Part shown: positions 24,720 to 38,390 of the stretch, piece by piece
Position numbering within the stretch: the stretch's first letter is position 1
How the letters are laid out: every line of letters begins with the position of its first letter
NCBI RefSeq assembly: GCF_006345805.1
Contig: NC_043014.1
Location: 16,430,001 to 16,494,000, forward strand
DNA: 64,000 bases
Reading direction: 5' to 3'
From: Octopus sinensis
Lineage: Eukaryota
Notes under the pieces: generated by a model
What the model was told of the DNA's origin: nothing
Seen by the model: only the letters and a program-made list of their open reading frames with translations
Database searches by the model: none
Translations under genes and position numbers: made by a program

Positions 24720-26075
24720 TGACAACATCCTGCAGTCTGCACGAATCATACGGTGGCAAGTCGTTCTTGGTTGTTTCCTCTCGCTCTTTCCACTTTGTAG
24801 GGTGTTAAGCAGCAGACACTGTAGATAGCATTCATTGGGTGGGTGTTGCAGTTGGTGACCAACCTATTTCAACCGGCGTTCCATTATCCCTGTACTCATT
24901 TGATTCTCGTCAGCCATTTGGTATAATGTATCATTGGAAACGTGGTCGCTATAAGATATCTGATATATTTTCCTTAGGTTTCTTGTGTAAAAGTATTCAC
25001 CATGGCCCTTTGCTGGTTTTTTGCCTGTTACCCATGTTTCTCATCCATATGTAAAAGTCGGAAGTTTTGTCCATCTTTATCTTCATTGTTGTGTTGATGT
25101 CAGACGACCAGAGGTGTTGAAGCTGTGACATGCCGCTCTCCTACTGTCTATGATGTCACAGTTTGAGTTGTGAGAGCAGTTACAGTCGATCCTAGGTAAG
25201 TGAATTTATCAACCCTGGATAGCTGTTTTCCATTTGCCAGGACGCCTGTTGTTTTGTCACTGTTTATATTAATGTTGATGTATTCTGTCCTCGATTCGTT
25301 TATTTCTAGCCCCACAGTCTTGGTTTCTTGCATGACATTACCAAGGTAGTTCTGTGCTTCTATGGGGTAAGGAGCAAAGAGAACAATATCATCTGCAAAT
25401 GCAAGATAGACCAACTTATGTGATTCTGGTATTATCTTCCGTATGGGTTCGAACTTTCATCACATGATCCATAACCACCAAAGATAGATAAGGTGTTAAA
25501 GTATCACCTTGCAGAATTCCGCTCTGAAGTGTGAAGCCAGAAGAATGTTTTCCATTATCAAGAACATATGCTGTTTGGTATTCATAAAGATATCTAACTG
25601 CCAATGTTATCTTCGATGGTATCCCTATCCTTTCAAAATTCGCAAACATAGCGGTCCTATGGATGCTGTCGAATAGTTTTTGAAAGTCTATAAACAGCGC
25701 AGCTCTTGGGAGACACTACTCAACGCAGGTCTCCAATAAACTTTTCGGTGTGTGAATTTGTTCAATGCAACTACAGTTCTTTCTAAAACCTCTCTAGTAG
25801 ACTCTGATATCTTTATTTTTGCACGTACACCATTTAAGAGAAGTATATAAAAGACGTTTTGCGATAGTTGGACATCTGTCACAGATCACCCTTCATATGA
25901 CTGATGACCTCCATTCCCTAGGCGGCACACTTGTTAAGAGAACCTTGTTGTATATGTCAACGAATGCTGCTTGAGGTGTGTCTCCTCCATATTTGGGTGA
26001 TTTGTTTACTAGAAAGAGGTTTGTACCAGGTTCTTTGTCATTTGATGCCTCCTTAAGTACGACAAGAAGTTCAAA
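24720..26075 (-). mobile_element. Degraded RTE-like LINE RT fragments
   Basis: GILQGDTLTPY, LAFADDIVL, GLEINESRTEY, FTYLGS and TSVPPREWRSS, with several frame breaks. Confidence 0.75.
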
Positions 26076-26082
26076 CATCTCG

Positions 26083-26167
<85 letters not shown>

Positions 26168-26171
26168 ATGA

Positions 26172-26202
<31 letters not shown>

Positions 26203-28699
26203 CGATATCTGTTCTATGTATAACCAAAGAAAGAGCACATCTCAGATGAGGTGACAAGTATGTCTGGACCGGTTCTCTAAGAAGATTTTCAAATTCTAAT
26301 TCATTTTACTAAAGTTAATATTTGGATCGTCTGTAATTTCCAATTTTAAAGGCTTTCGTGTGTGTGTGTGTGTGTGTGTGTGCGTGTGTGCGTGCGTGCG
26401 TGCATTATAACATCAGCCTCACAAGATATAGTATATTATTATCAAATTTTTTTAATAAAGCATTGCTTCGAATTATTTGACAGAAACACAGAAAAGAGAG
26501 ATTATAATTTGAAAGAGTACCACCATCATAATCCCCGTCATCACCACCCCTATTGTCGCCCGAAACAAGAATAACCACGTACTTGGTCAAAGAACAGCCA
26601 AACAATAGGGTGCTAGGCAACTAACACAGAGGTGTCAACATCACTAAGGGGGTTGATTGGCAGAGTTGTTAGAGCATCAGACAAATGCTTTGTGGTATTT
26701 GTTCTAAGTTCAAATCCCACCAAAGTCAATTTACCTTTCATCCTTTCGAGGTCAATAAAATAAGTACCAGTCAAATGCCGAGGTCAAAAAAATATCAACT
26801 AGCTCTTATCCCCTGCAAATTTCAGGCCTTGTGCCTATGGTAGAAAAGATTATTAGTATGGTGATGAGTTGGCAGAATTGTTAACATGCCAAGCGAAATG
26901 CTTAGCGGCATTTTAAAGGTGGCAAGTTGGCAGAATCGGTAGCACGCCGGGCGAAATGCTTAGTGGTATTTCGCCTGCTGTTACATTCTGAGTTCAAATT
27001 CTGCCGAGGTCGACTTTGCCTTTCATCCTTTCAGGGTCGATAAATTAAGTACCAGTTACACACTGGGATCGATGTAATCAACTTAATCCCTTTGTCTGTC
27101 CTTGTTTGTCCCCTCTATGTTTAGCCTCTTGTGGGCAATAAAAAAATTTTTTTTTTAATGCTTATCGGCATTTCATTTAGCTTTACATTTTGAGTTCAAG
27201 GTTTACTTTGACTTTCATCCTTTTGGGGTCAATAAAAATACGTAGCAGTCAAACATTGGGGTTGATGTAATCGACTTACCTGCTTCCCTGAAATTTGCTG
27301 GCTTTGTGCCAAAATTGGAAACCAAAAGCCGCAGGCTGGTAGAATTGTTAGCACACTGGGCAAAATGCTTAGTGGCATTTGTCTTTACATTCTGAGTTCC
27401 AATTCCGCTGAGGTTGACTTTGCCTTCCATCCTTTCGAGATCGATGAAATAAGTACCAGTTATTCACTGGGTTGATGTAATCGACTAGCCCACCCCACCT
27501 CTTCCAAAATTTCAAGCCTTGCGTCTATAGCAGAAAGGATTATTATTGTTGTCGTTGTTGGTGGTGGTGTTATTATAGGCTGAAGGATCGAGAGAATTGT
27601 TAGGGAGTTGGACAAAATACCTGGCTGCATTTCTTAACATTCTGAGATCATAGGCATAGGAGTAGCTGTGTGGTAAGTAGCTTGCTTATCAACCACATAG
27701 TTCCGGGTTCAGTCCCACCTTAGATTAATCAGAGTTAAGTGTACAGCTTTGGTGCACAACAGGCATGGCTATGTGGTAAGAAGCTTGCTTCCCAACCACA
27801 TGGTTCCAGGTTCAGTCCCACTGCGTGGCAACCTGGGTACGTGTCTTCTACTATGGCCTTGGGCCGACCAAAGCCGTGTGAGTGGATTTGGTAGAAAGAA
27901 GCCCATCGTATATGTATGTTTGTATGTTTGTTCCCTAACCATTGCTTGACAACCGATGTTGGTGTGTTTACATCCCTGTAACTTAGCAGTTTGGCAAAAA
28001 GAGACTAGTAAAATAAGTACTAGGCTTGCTGCAAGCACTGTTACATTAAACATCATGGAATTAGAACTTAATTTGCAACTATGTACACCTGGGAGCAGAG
28101 AGTGCCTGCTACTTCACCTTAGTAGATGATAATTAGCTGAGGGGTTATACCTGTTCAGGTATTCTTTTACGTGTTTCAATCATTTGACTAGGATCATGCT
28201 GAAGCCTTTTAGTCGAAGAAATCAAACCCTGGACTTATTCTTTTAAGCCTGGTACTTATTCTATCTGTCCGTTCTGCTGAACCGCTTAGTTACAGGAATG
28301 TAAACACACAAACATCAGTGGGGGAAGGGGACAGACACAAAGACATAAATATATATAAGATGGGCTTCTTTCAGTTTCCATCTACCAAATCCACTCACAG
28401 GGCTTTGGTCGGCCCAAGGTGCCATGCAATAGGACTGAACCCAGAACCATGTGGTTGGGAAGCAAGCTTCTCACCACACACCCACGCCACTCGACCCTCA
28501 ACAGCCAAAACCAACTCAACTGAATTTTAACTTTTTGTCCCGAGATGGTTGCTGTTGCTTGGGCACCATGATCAAAGAAGTTTCTCCTACAACCATCCCA
28601 TTTATATATTCAGTGGTTGATTAACTAGATGCCAGTTGGGTCCAGGTGCCCAATATAAAGGGTTTTAAAAACAGTTCTCATATTATTCAGAACACCTTA

Positions 28700-29170
28700 C
28701 TTCCCTGAGCATGGATACATTGAAACTCCAATGTCTGGCAGCTGACTTGGCAGACACTCATAAAATTATTAACCATATTACTAACAATCACTCTGAGCAC
28801 CTTTTCAAACTCCACCTGTCTAACACTTGTGGACATGTTTACAAAGTCAGAAAACAGCACAGCTCCCATGACTTTCGGAAACACTTTTTCACACTAAGAG
28901 TTGGTGAAGTATGGAACAAACTGCCAGCATCAGTTGTTAGTTGCTGGAGCACTGCATCCTTCAAAACTTCCATGCTTCCTGAGATTCGCCAACACTACAC
29001 CTGATTTTCTCCCCTCCATACACACACAAGCATGTATCTGACTCATACACTGTTCGCTGTCCAGACATTTGTACATTACTGCATATGCTTTATACACAAT
29101 TTTGGCAAGTTGTGGTGCACCTGAGCACTGTATACAATAACTTAATTATTATTATTATTATTATTATTAT
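28700..29170 (+). mobile_element. CR1-type LINE 3' fragment
   Basis: GHVYKVRKQHS…RKHFFTLRVGEVWNKLP…SFK, typical of the CR1 ORF2 C-terminus, with an (ATT)n tail. Confidence 0.78.
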
Positions 29171-29996
29171 TATCTTCTTTCGTGATTTCACTGTGAATTT
29201 AGCTCATCAAATTCAACTCATACAGGTGTCTGATAACTTACTTAAGCCTACCCCACCACCTGCCTCCATATATACACATGCTTACATATGTATTTCTGTG
29301 CATACACACACACACACACATATATATGATAGGTGCAAGTGTGGGTGTGAGGTAAGAAGCTTGCTTCCCGACCACATGGTTCCAGGTTCAGTCCCACTCT
29401 GTGGCACCTTCAACTAGTGTCTTCTACTATAGCCTCATGCTGACCAAAATCTTGTGAGTGAATTTGGTAGACAGAAACTGAAATATCTATATATATATAT
29501 ATAATGCACGTGTGTGTATCTGCGTTTATTCCCTTGCCATCTTTTCACAACTGATGCTGGTGTGTTTATGTCCTTATAACTTAGCAGTTTGAGAAAAGAA
29601 ATTGATTGAATAAGTACTCAAAAAAATAAGTCCTGGGGTCAATTTCTTTGACTAAAACCCTTTAAGGCAGCGCTCCAACACAGCTGCAGTCAAATGAATG
29701 ACTGAAACAAGTAAAACAATAAAAGAAAGTATATCTATCTGTCTATCTATCTAATATGTATTTCTATATATATTATTATTATTATTGTTATTATTTTTCT
29801 AAATCTCTCAAAGAGAAACATTCAGTAATAGGTCTTTAAAGTAAAGGCTATTTGCCAACATAATGTGGCTGTCCTGGAAGAGGCGATGTTACTGTTATTT
29901 CTAGCTGGCTATACAACACAATATCTGTGTCCTTATATTTTCGAACAGGGAGTTCAGCACTCCCATCCAGTGCAATATATATATATATATATATAT

Positions 29997-31975
29997 GTTG
30001 ATTGATCGTGTGGCACCAGACATCAAGGTCCGCAGCCAAGTCTGACCAGCATTGGTGGTTAATATGACATGCTGTTAGAGACTTCTTGAGGCAGTCTTTG
30101 TAGCGCTTCCTCAGAGCTCCTCTCACACGGTGGCCGATGGAGAGTTCGCCAAACTGGGCAATCTTAGGAAGGCAATGGTTCTCCATTCTGGAGACATGCT
30201 CTGCCCATCGGAGGTGGGACTTCAGTAGCATGGCTTCAATGCTGGGGATCTCGGCCCGCTCCAAGACTTCAATGTTCATGACGATATCACTCCAGTGAAT
30301 GTTGAGGATGGTGCGGAGACATCGTTGGTGGAAGCGCTCGAGGAGACGGATGTGACTGCGGTAAGTAATCCTGGTCTCTGAGCCATAGAGAAGAGTGGTG
30401 ATAACCACGGCCCTGTAGACACTGATCTTTGTTTTGTTCTTCAGGTTATTATTGTGCCAAACATGTTTGTACAATCTGCCAAAGGACCTATTTACCTTAG
30501 AGAGTCTATTTTCAATTTCTTTGTTGATCCTTGCATCGAATGAGATGATGCAGCCCAGGTATGTAAACTGCTGAGTTGATTTCAGTTTGGTACCACATAT
30601 AGTGATGTAGGGTGGGCGGTAATCCTCTTGGGGTGTAGGTTGGTGAAGTACCTCCGTCTTCTTGAGGCTGACTGCCAGGCCAAAGAGCTGTGAGGCATCT
30701 GCAAGGCAGGACGTGATGCACTGCAGAGCTCGATCTGTATGGGCGACAAGGACTGCATCGTCTGTGAAGAGAAGGTCTTGGATCAGCCTCTCCTGGGTCT
30801 AGGAGGCGCCATAGATTGAAGAGGCTGCTATCCAGACGATACCTAACACACCCCATCCTCATCCTCCATTTCTTCAGTTGCATGCTTCATCATCATGCTG
30901 AAGAAGATGCTGAAGAGAGCCGGTGCCAGGACACAACACTGCTTCATGCCGTTGGAGATGGGGAAGGGCTCCGACAGGTCACCATTGAGACTTATCTGAC
31001 CACGCTGATTCTCGTGCAGCTAGATCACCATCTGTAGAAACTTGGTGGGACAGCCAAGTCGTTCCAGGATGAGCCATAGTCCTGTCCTGCTCACTGTGTC
31101 AAATGCTTTTGTGAAGTCGACAAAAGCAGCATAGAGTCCCCTGTTTTGTTCTCAACATTTCTCCTGGAGTTGGCGGAGGACGAACACCATATCCGTTGTG
31201 CCTGTTGGGTCTGAGGCCACACTGGCTCTTGGGGAGGTTTTCTTCAGCAATGGTTGGTACTAGCCTATTGAGCAGGATCCTGGCAAGTATTTTGCCAGTG
31301 ATGGAGAGTAGGGTGATTCCCTGGTAGTTGAAGCAGTCAGACTTTTCACCCTTGTTCTTGTACAGGGTTATGATGACGGTGTCGTGAAGATCCTGTGGCA
31401 GCTTGCTCTGCTCCCAGCAGCAGACAAGAAAATCATGGAGCATTGGACCTTCATTCTTCCAGATTTCTGGTGGGATGCCGTCAACTCCTGCTGCTTTGCG
31501 ACTCTTGAGTTTTCCTATGGCTTCAATCGTTTCTTCGAGGGTGGGTGGTTTGTTGACCTCCTCTTTGAGTGGAAGTTGAGGAATGCGAAGGATGGCAGCG
31601 TCCTGTATGGTACGGTTACCACTGAAGAGGCTTTGGAAGTACTCGGACCAGCAAGCGAGGATGGAGGTGTTATCGGTGAGGTCCTGTCCATCTGAACTGT
31701 GCAGGGGACTCTGGACCAGGTAGGTGGGGCCAGACACTGCTTTCAGAGCCTCATAAAAGCCTCTATAGTCTCTGAGGTTCTCCATGCCAGGTGGTTCCAC
31801 CACACATTCTGCATTTCTCTGAGTTTTCGCTGTAGGGTGCTGCATGCGCGTCGAAAGGTAGTTTTCTTTACAGGACAGGCTGGTTGTGCGAGGTGGGCCT
31901 GATGAGCTGCCCTCTTCCTTGCTAGTAATTCCTGGATCTCCTTGTCATTTTCATCACACTAGAATCTGAGGACTA
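29997..31975 (-). mobile_element. RTE-clade LINE, 5'-truncated and frameshifted
   Basis: KAAGVDGIPPEIWK, YQGITLLSITGKILARILLNRL, KISVYRAVVITTLLYGSE, LRWAEHVSRM, RKRYKDCLK. Confidence 0.88.
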
Positions 31976-32769
31976 CTGAAGATCTGTATGGGAAACAATT
32001 GAGGAAATCAGTGAACAAACTGTATGACTAAAAGAACTCATGCTGGTCTACTGCCAGCATGTTTAGCAAAAACATTATGAAATAGTTGGTGAAATATTGA
32101 AAGCTGTTCTAGAAAAAATGGGAAAGAAGAAATCTCCAGACCTAGGCCTAATAACAAGTTACTGGCTGAAGAATTTTACCTTTTATTGGCAAGATTTATA
32201 CACTACAGATGATCATGTTATACAAATCTTCAAGACCTTAAGATTTAAAGATGATGAAAAAAACAAGATACTCTCTTTCAAAACCTTGCCACCAAGCAGG
32301 TGGCCAGTTTGTCAGGAGTCTGTGAGGGGCTCCACACTAAAAGTGAATGGAATTATGAAGAGCTTTATTTAACAAAAGTAAATAAAAGAATAACAATATG
32401 TTTTATAAGCTATCCACAGTCCAATACAAATAGTTAGAATTGCTTTTCATTAACCTGGGGAATTGATTGTTCCTCTTTCCAAATATTTAGCACTGTCAGG
32501 TGCGACATACTAAACTACCCCCAAATTTTTTAAAATATAAAATAGCTGGAGATGGGGGCCATATGTTTTTAAAACTGAACATTCAAACCATCTTTGTTAT
32601 AGTACATTTGTTGAAAAAATTAATAATAATAACCATAATAGAAATAATACAAATGATGTTAATAAATGCATGATGACTTAACACCAGAATACCTGAACAA
32701 ATCTTTATGTTACCTTTATTTTTCTGTTATTGAAGCCTATTATGAACATTACTGTTGTTTCTCAGTTTT

Positions 32770-33370
32770 GAAACTGATTTATATACATCCTGCAGACATG
32801 GCACTGCATCTGGTATATTCTAAAGATCACTAATTGTCACAAGGAATGGGTCTTTCCAATATGACTTCAAAATGGAACCAAAATATTTGGATGCATGAAC
32901 TCAATGGTTTTGGCAATTTTGTTTGATGCCTAACATTTCTGACAATACACCAATCCAAACATCATCTGGCATGAGCATTTTGTTCTTCAATGATGCCAGA
33001 TAGAGTTTGTTGATTACATTAATATGTGCTATGTAACCAACACCATGACAATATATAGGATAGTTCTCCCCTTGATACAACATTTTCTCACTGAGTTCAC
33101 GGAATTTTTTGTTTTTGTGATGGTCTGATTTTCTTCCAGGAAAGCAATTACAAAATGCAAAATGATTATCATAATCAACTTGAGACAAATCATAATGAAG
33201 AAATGGCAGAAGTTTGATCTGGTCAACAAAAAGTTCATCATTTAATACCATAACATATTCCACATTGGCACAAAACTCCACACTCTACTTCCATGCCATA
33301 AGTGTCTTTAAGTAGACATTACCATAAGAATGTTGGAGGGAGTCTAAGAAATGTCTGTAGGTAAGACTTT
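32770..33370 (-). pseudogene. GT31 beta-1,3-galactosyl/GlcNAc-transferase (B3GALT-like) fragment
   Basis: FLDSLQHSYGNVYLKTLMAWK*SVEFCANVEYVMVLNDELFV…YPIYCHGVGY…LYLAS…DDVWIGVL matches Galactosyl_T family motifs. There is a TAG at the conserved Trp (33285-33287), the DxD motif is degenerate (NDE), and further stops follow. Confidence 0.82.
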
Positions 33371-33987
33371 ATATGAAGGGTGTATAATTTTTTGGGTGGT
33401 GGTAATAATAATAATCATAATACCACCTTGGGGTCCTTTCGATTAGTACTGAGGAGAGGGGATGAAGGATGAAGACTGATAAGTTTATTGAGGGGATGGG
33501 TAGGGATTCCTTCTATTTTGTTATACAACCTTTTCATTTTTTTTTACAAAATATATATGTATGCATATAAAAGAGGGGAAGGGAAACGGGAATGAGTGGG
33601 GTTATTCATTTTTCTTTTCTTTCTTTTTTTTTTTTTATATTTTTGAATATTCATTTCAGTTCACAGTTCTCTCCAACTAGACCAAAAAAAAAAAGTGAAA
33701 AATCACTCACACATATTACAGAATGGAGTTGGACAAGTGATGTGTAGTTAGAAGAATGCTTTTTCTCACCCAGAGTTTTACACCAAATCCAGTTCCATCG
33801 AACTAATATTCATAGATCTGCTCTTGCTCCCACCCCTGCATTACATTACACCCATCAATGTTAAGGCTTTTTTGTTAATGTCATTGTTGTTGTGGTGTGG
33901 TAAATGGTTCAATAGACCCTCTCACCCTAACGTGTTTATGTTAAGTTCTTTTTTTCAAAGATTCTCAAAGTTCAGAGTCCGTACTTC

Positions 33988-34360
33988 AGCCTCCAAGTTA
34001 CTCTGTTGGAAACTAACAAAATCTCTGCCCTGCTCCCCACCTCTCCTTTCCACTTCTTCCTCCTCCTCATCCTCCTCCACCTCCTCATCGCCATCATCAC
34101 TCGACGTCTTGCCTTCGAACGATGTGAGAGAACATGGCGTTGGTGGCATGGCAGAGAGTCGACTTTACCGACGATAGCCTCCAAGTTTCTCTGTTGGAAA
34201 GTTACAAAATCTCTACCCTGCTCCCCACCTCTCCTTTCCACTTCTTCTTCCTCCTCCTCCTCCTCCTCCTCATCGGCATCATCACTCGACGTGTTGCCTT
34301 CGAACGATGTGAGAGAACATGGCGTTGGTGGCATGGCAGAGAGTCGACTTTGCTGACGAT
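33988..34360. repeat. Tandem duplication (188 + 185 bp) of the 3' end of a coding exon
   Basis: agcctccaagtt…gagtcgacttt occurs at 33988 and 34176; both copies encode SAMPPTPCSLTSFEG…(E)nVERRGGEQGRDFV. Confidence 0.93.
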
Positions 34361-34987
34361 GACGGGCATTGCAACTGCTGCTGTTGTTTCGTGCCTCACC
34401 ACTTCTACGGCACTGTTTGGCCGACACTACTGCACCTGTATCCAGTGACCCGTCAGATGCTGATGATGTCGAAGAGGAAGGAGAAGGGTAACTACTAGTA
34501 CTCAAGTTTGTTGCTGACACTTCTGTTTCTGAACTTGTTGCCCGACCTTTGTCAAGGCTTGTGTTTTTCTTCTTGCGGGTTATCCGGTAGTCTTTTGAAT
34601 CTTTCCCTTCCTTGTGCAGGATCTGAGTTAGTTTTCGACGATGTGCGTTGGTGAACCTGTCCTCAGAGGCAATCACACTTTTTTCTCGGGGTGTTGCTGC
34701 TACTGCTGCTGTAGATTTTGCAGAAGGCACTACACGGGAGGCAATGACAGAATTCATTGGATTTTCAACAACAGGTTGAAGCAGTGAGAGCTTGGCAAAG
34801 GGCTTGACCTGCCGAGAAAATGGAGTGCTACAGATCTGATCTGGCAGTAGCAAGGTCTCCTCTTTTATAGCAACAGACTTCAGTGGTAAGTTCACATGGT
34901 GGTGGTCGTGATGTTGGTGATGATGGCTGTTATATGTGGAATATGTTGTTAATGGATCTACACTGGGCTCTGCTTTGATCTTGGTTA
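34169..34987 (-). CDS. Internal coding exon (819 bp, phase 1 to 1) of the unidentified minus-strand gene; S/K/H/E-rich, nuclear-protein-like
   Basis: Acceptor ttttttctttttcag|taacc at 34988; a long stop-free frame (KIKAEP, His tract, RKKKN, poly-S, poly-E); candidate donor g|gtaaag at 34168. The 3' boundary is less certain. Confidence 0.7.
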
Positions 34988-37253
34988 CTGAAAAAGAAAA
35001 AATATTAATGAGGATCAATACAAAGAAAATAAATGTAAGTAATACTTTATCAAATAAAGAAAGACGAAAAGCTTAACTTCTTTTATTACCAACCTCCTTG
35101 AGACTGCTCTTTCTTCTGCAATACTATCCTTTTGTTTTATCAAAATTCACATTAATTTATGTTCTAAAAACTAACTAGATTCTTTATTAATTTCAAAATT
35201 AATTGAACTGAATGCAGTGTATATCAATAGAAATATGGTAATGAAAGGATTAAGTCAACACTGGTACGTAACTAAATACTTGCAAGACAAATTTCATCCC
35301 AACACAATGTAAAAGGTAAAACCCCTTTTGGTCATGAACGACCATGAGATTGTACCTAGAAAGTTCCCCTCCAAGGCACAAGTCTAGGCAAAGTTGTTTA
35401 TGGAAGACCAGCATCCATTCACCGGGCCACCGATGTGCTCCAAAGGAAAGACAAAGGCTGATACAGCTTGGCACCAGTAACATCACAACTCATTTTTACC
35501 AAATCAACTCAGAAGGCTTTGGTTGGCCAAGAGACCTGCCCAAGTACTGCACAGTGGGACTGAACCTGAAACCACACAGCTGGGAAGCTTGATATCTACA
35601 AAGCCCAAGCTGTAGAGCAGCATTATATCGTCTGATTAAATTAATTCTAGTTTATGATTAGTACTCATTTTATTGTCCCCAGAAGAATAAAAATTGAAGT
35701 TGATTTCTGTGAGATTTAAACCCAAAACCCTAGGCATTATTTTTCATCAAGCCAAGCGAAATTGTAGTCATGGCCAATGCTGGTGTCATGTAAAAGCAGC
35801 CATTACACTCTTGGAGTGGTTGGCATTAGGAAGAGCATCCATTCATAGAAACCATACCAAGTTAAACTGGAACCTGATGCAGCTCTCAAGCTTATCACTT
35901 CCAGTCACACCACCAAACCGATGCTAGCATGGAAAACGAACATTAAATGATAATGATGATGACTACAAATTCAGCCATTTCCACAATTATATTAATTATA
36001 ACATAGGCAGAAGACCACAGATGTAAGGAGAGGAAACTGACAAATAGTTATCATCATCACCATTTTAACATCCATTTTGCATGCTTGTACAGGTCAAACA
36101 GAATTTGTTGAGGCAGATTTCTATGAACTTTACATTGCAACCCTCATCTGTTTCCAAGCTAATATTTCCTCAATGGACAAGCATGTTTTCCTAGAAGACT
36201 AAAAACAAAAGACACTACTTGTATGAAATGATGCTCAATTCAAACTATCACATGATGTCAAGACAAGGAATCACAAACATACACAACCGTACATGTGCAC
36301 ACACACACGACCAGTTGCCATCTACCAAATCCATTCACAAGGCTTTGTGTGAGCTTGTAGCAGAGGACACTTGGCCAAAAGGAAGGGCTCTGTCAGAGGA
36401 GAAAAAAAGCAGCGCATGATACTTTTTGGAATTTCTGTAAGTAGGAAGAGGAGGAAGAGAATTTGCCTTCAGATCAGAAACCTTGCTTACTTGTGACAGA
36501 ATGGACTCTGCTAAAGGAACTGAAGGGATTAAAGGCAAAACTGACCTTGGTAGGATTTGAACTCTGAATGTAAAGAACCAGAACAATACCATAAAATATG
36601 CTATCTGACACTAATAAGTATGCCGTTTTGCCACCTTGATAATAATTGGTTTTGAAGACCAGGAATTTAGAGGGGAGGTGGACTGATTAAATTGACACTT
36701 GTACTTGACTGGTACTTTATCGATCCTGGGAGGATAAAATACAAAGTTGACCATGGCAAAAGGATTAAGTAAAGGGCAAGACATATGGACATTAGCCAGT
36801 GGCACAAGGAAGTATATCCATATGATTTCGAATGCTAGTGGTATAAAAACTTTATTTTTTTCTCTATTTCACCAAAGAACAAGCTGTAACTCATGCTATA
36901 AAACATACTCCGCAAACATTCACATAAAACATACCCAACTCCTGCAACTATTCACCTTAATTTTTTGCCAATGCAAAATATCTTTAATTTTCTTAGCTTT
37001 TACAGTTTTCACCAGAATCAAGAGTGACTAAGCCAACCTTGGTTCTGACATAAACCTGTTTTAAAATTCCAAAATTTCATGCAAAATTAAGATCCAAACA
37101 CTTGCTTTCATAACAATAAAATTGTTCAGTTCTTTAGTATTCAGATTATTCTGCCAAACGTAATATCTATTTATTCATATTGTTTTGAATTAATCATGCA
37201 CTATCTCATAGCTTCCAGATTTTGATGATGTGATTTTATATTTAAAGAATGAC

Positions 37254-37634
37254 ACTAGCAGTATAGCCCAGCGTTGCTCGGGTTTGTTTTCTTTTCGACC
37301 TTTTAGAATTGGAATTTTTGAAAAGTAAAAATTTTGCATTATGCAGCTTGTTATTCTCTTCAAGTGAAATTTTTTCTGGTTGAAATACACTCAAAAATGG
37401 CGTCACAGCAGTAAAAAAAAAAATCGTAAAAAATAGGGGAATTACATAGAAAAAAAGCACCTTTTTGATGTAAATAATTTTTGGTGTTAACATGGTCCGA
37501 TTTGAACTTTTTCTTCTATCATACTCTCTCTCAATTTTGGTCAACTTGCACCACAGGGTCTTGGAGGAGATAACGTTAGTTGAAGGCTACCAAACCTGCC
37601 ACACACACACAACTTCAGCTTTATATATATAGAT
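37254..37634 (+). mobile_element. Helentron-associated (HINE/DINE-1-like) non-autonomous element
   Basis: Starts actagcagtatagcccagcgttgctcggg (short inverted repeat) and ends (ac)n…ttcagctttatatatatagat, termini typical of this class. Confidence 0.55.
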
Positions 37635-37997
37635 TCTAGTGTATGCATGAGAAATCAAATCTGACTGTGAACAGAAACAGGTAGAATAATTGGGCCAGAT
37701 ATGGCTAATTTAAATGCTTAAAGGGTTAACAAAATTCTTTACCAATTTCAAAGTTTAAGGTGTATTTCAAAAGAAATATAACAAAAGGACTAACGAGCAC
37801 AGGTTCTGGAATTATGACATTAATACAGAAGAAAATGAAAACATAACTACACTCCAATCTCACAATATTTGTTTCAAGTTGGAGATTCACTTAGTTACAT
37901 TAGTTAGAAAAATGTTTGCCTTGCTGTAGTTGGCAATAAGTCGTAAAGTAAGCATTAGCGTGAATCACTACCTTCATTCACTATTTCATATATATAT

Positions 37998-38353
37998 ACT
38001 CTTTTACATGTTTCAGTCATTTGACTGCGGCCATGCTGGAGCACCGCCTTTAGTCGAGCAAATTGACCCCGGGTCTTATTCTTTGTAAGTGACGGGGACG
38101 TAAACACACCAGCATCGGTTGTCAAGCAATGCTAGGGGGACAAACACAGACACACAAAAACACACATATACATATATATATATACATATATACGACAGTC
38201 TTCTTTCAGTTTCCATCTCCCAAATCCACTCACAAGGCATTGGTCGGCCTGGGGCTATAGCAAAAGACACTTGCCCAAGATGCCATGCAGTGGGACTGAA
38301 CCCGGAACCATGTGGTGGTTTAGCAAGCTACTTAACACACAGCCACTCCTGCG

Positions 38354-38355
<2 letters not shown>
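37998..38355 (-). mobile_element. SINE family A with an internal deletion
   Basis: Reverse complement of the family A tail and head; the aagcccagtac…gctaa segment is missing. Confidence 0.8.

Positions 38356-38390
<35 letters not shown>

Noticed and set aside
32050-32300. Possible RT fragment (KKSPDLGLITSYWLK)
   Set aside because: It resembles the R4-type KAPGxD…WLK motif but is too short and degraded to annotate.
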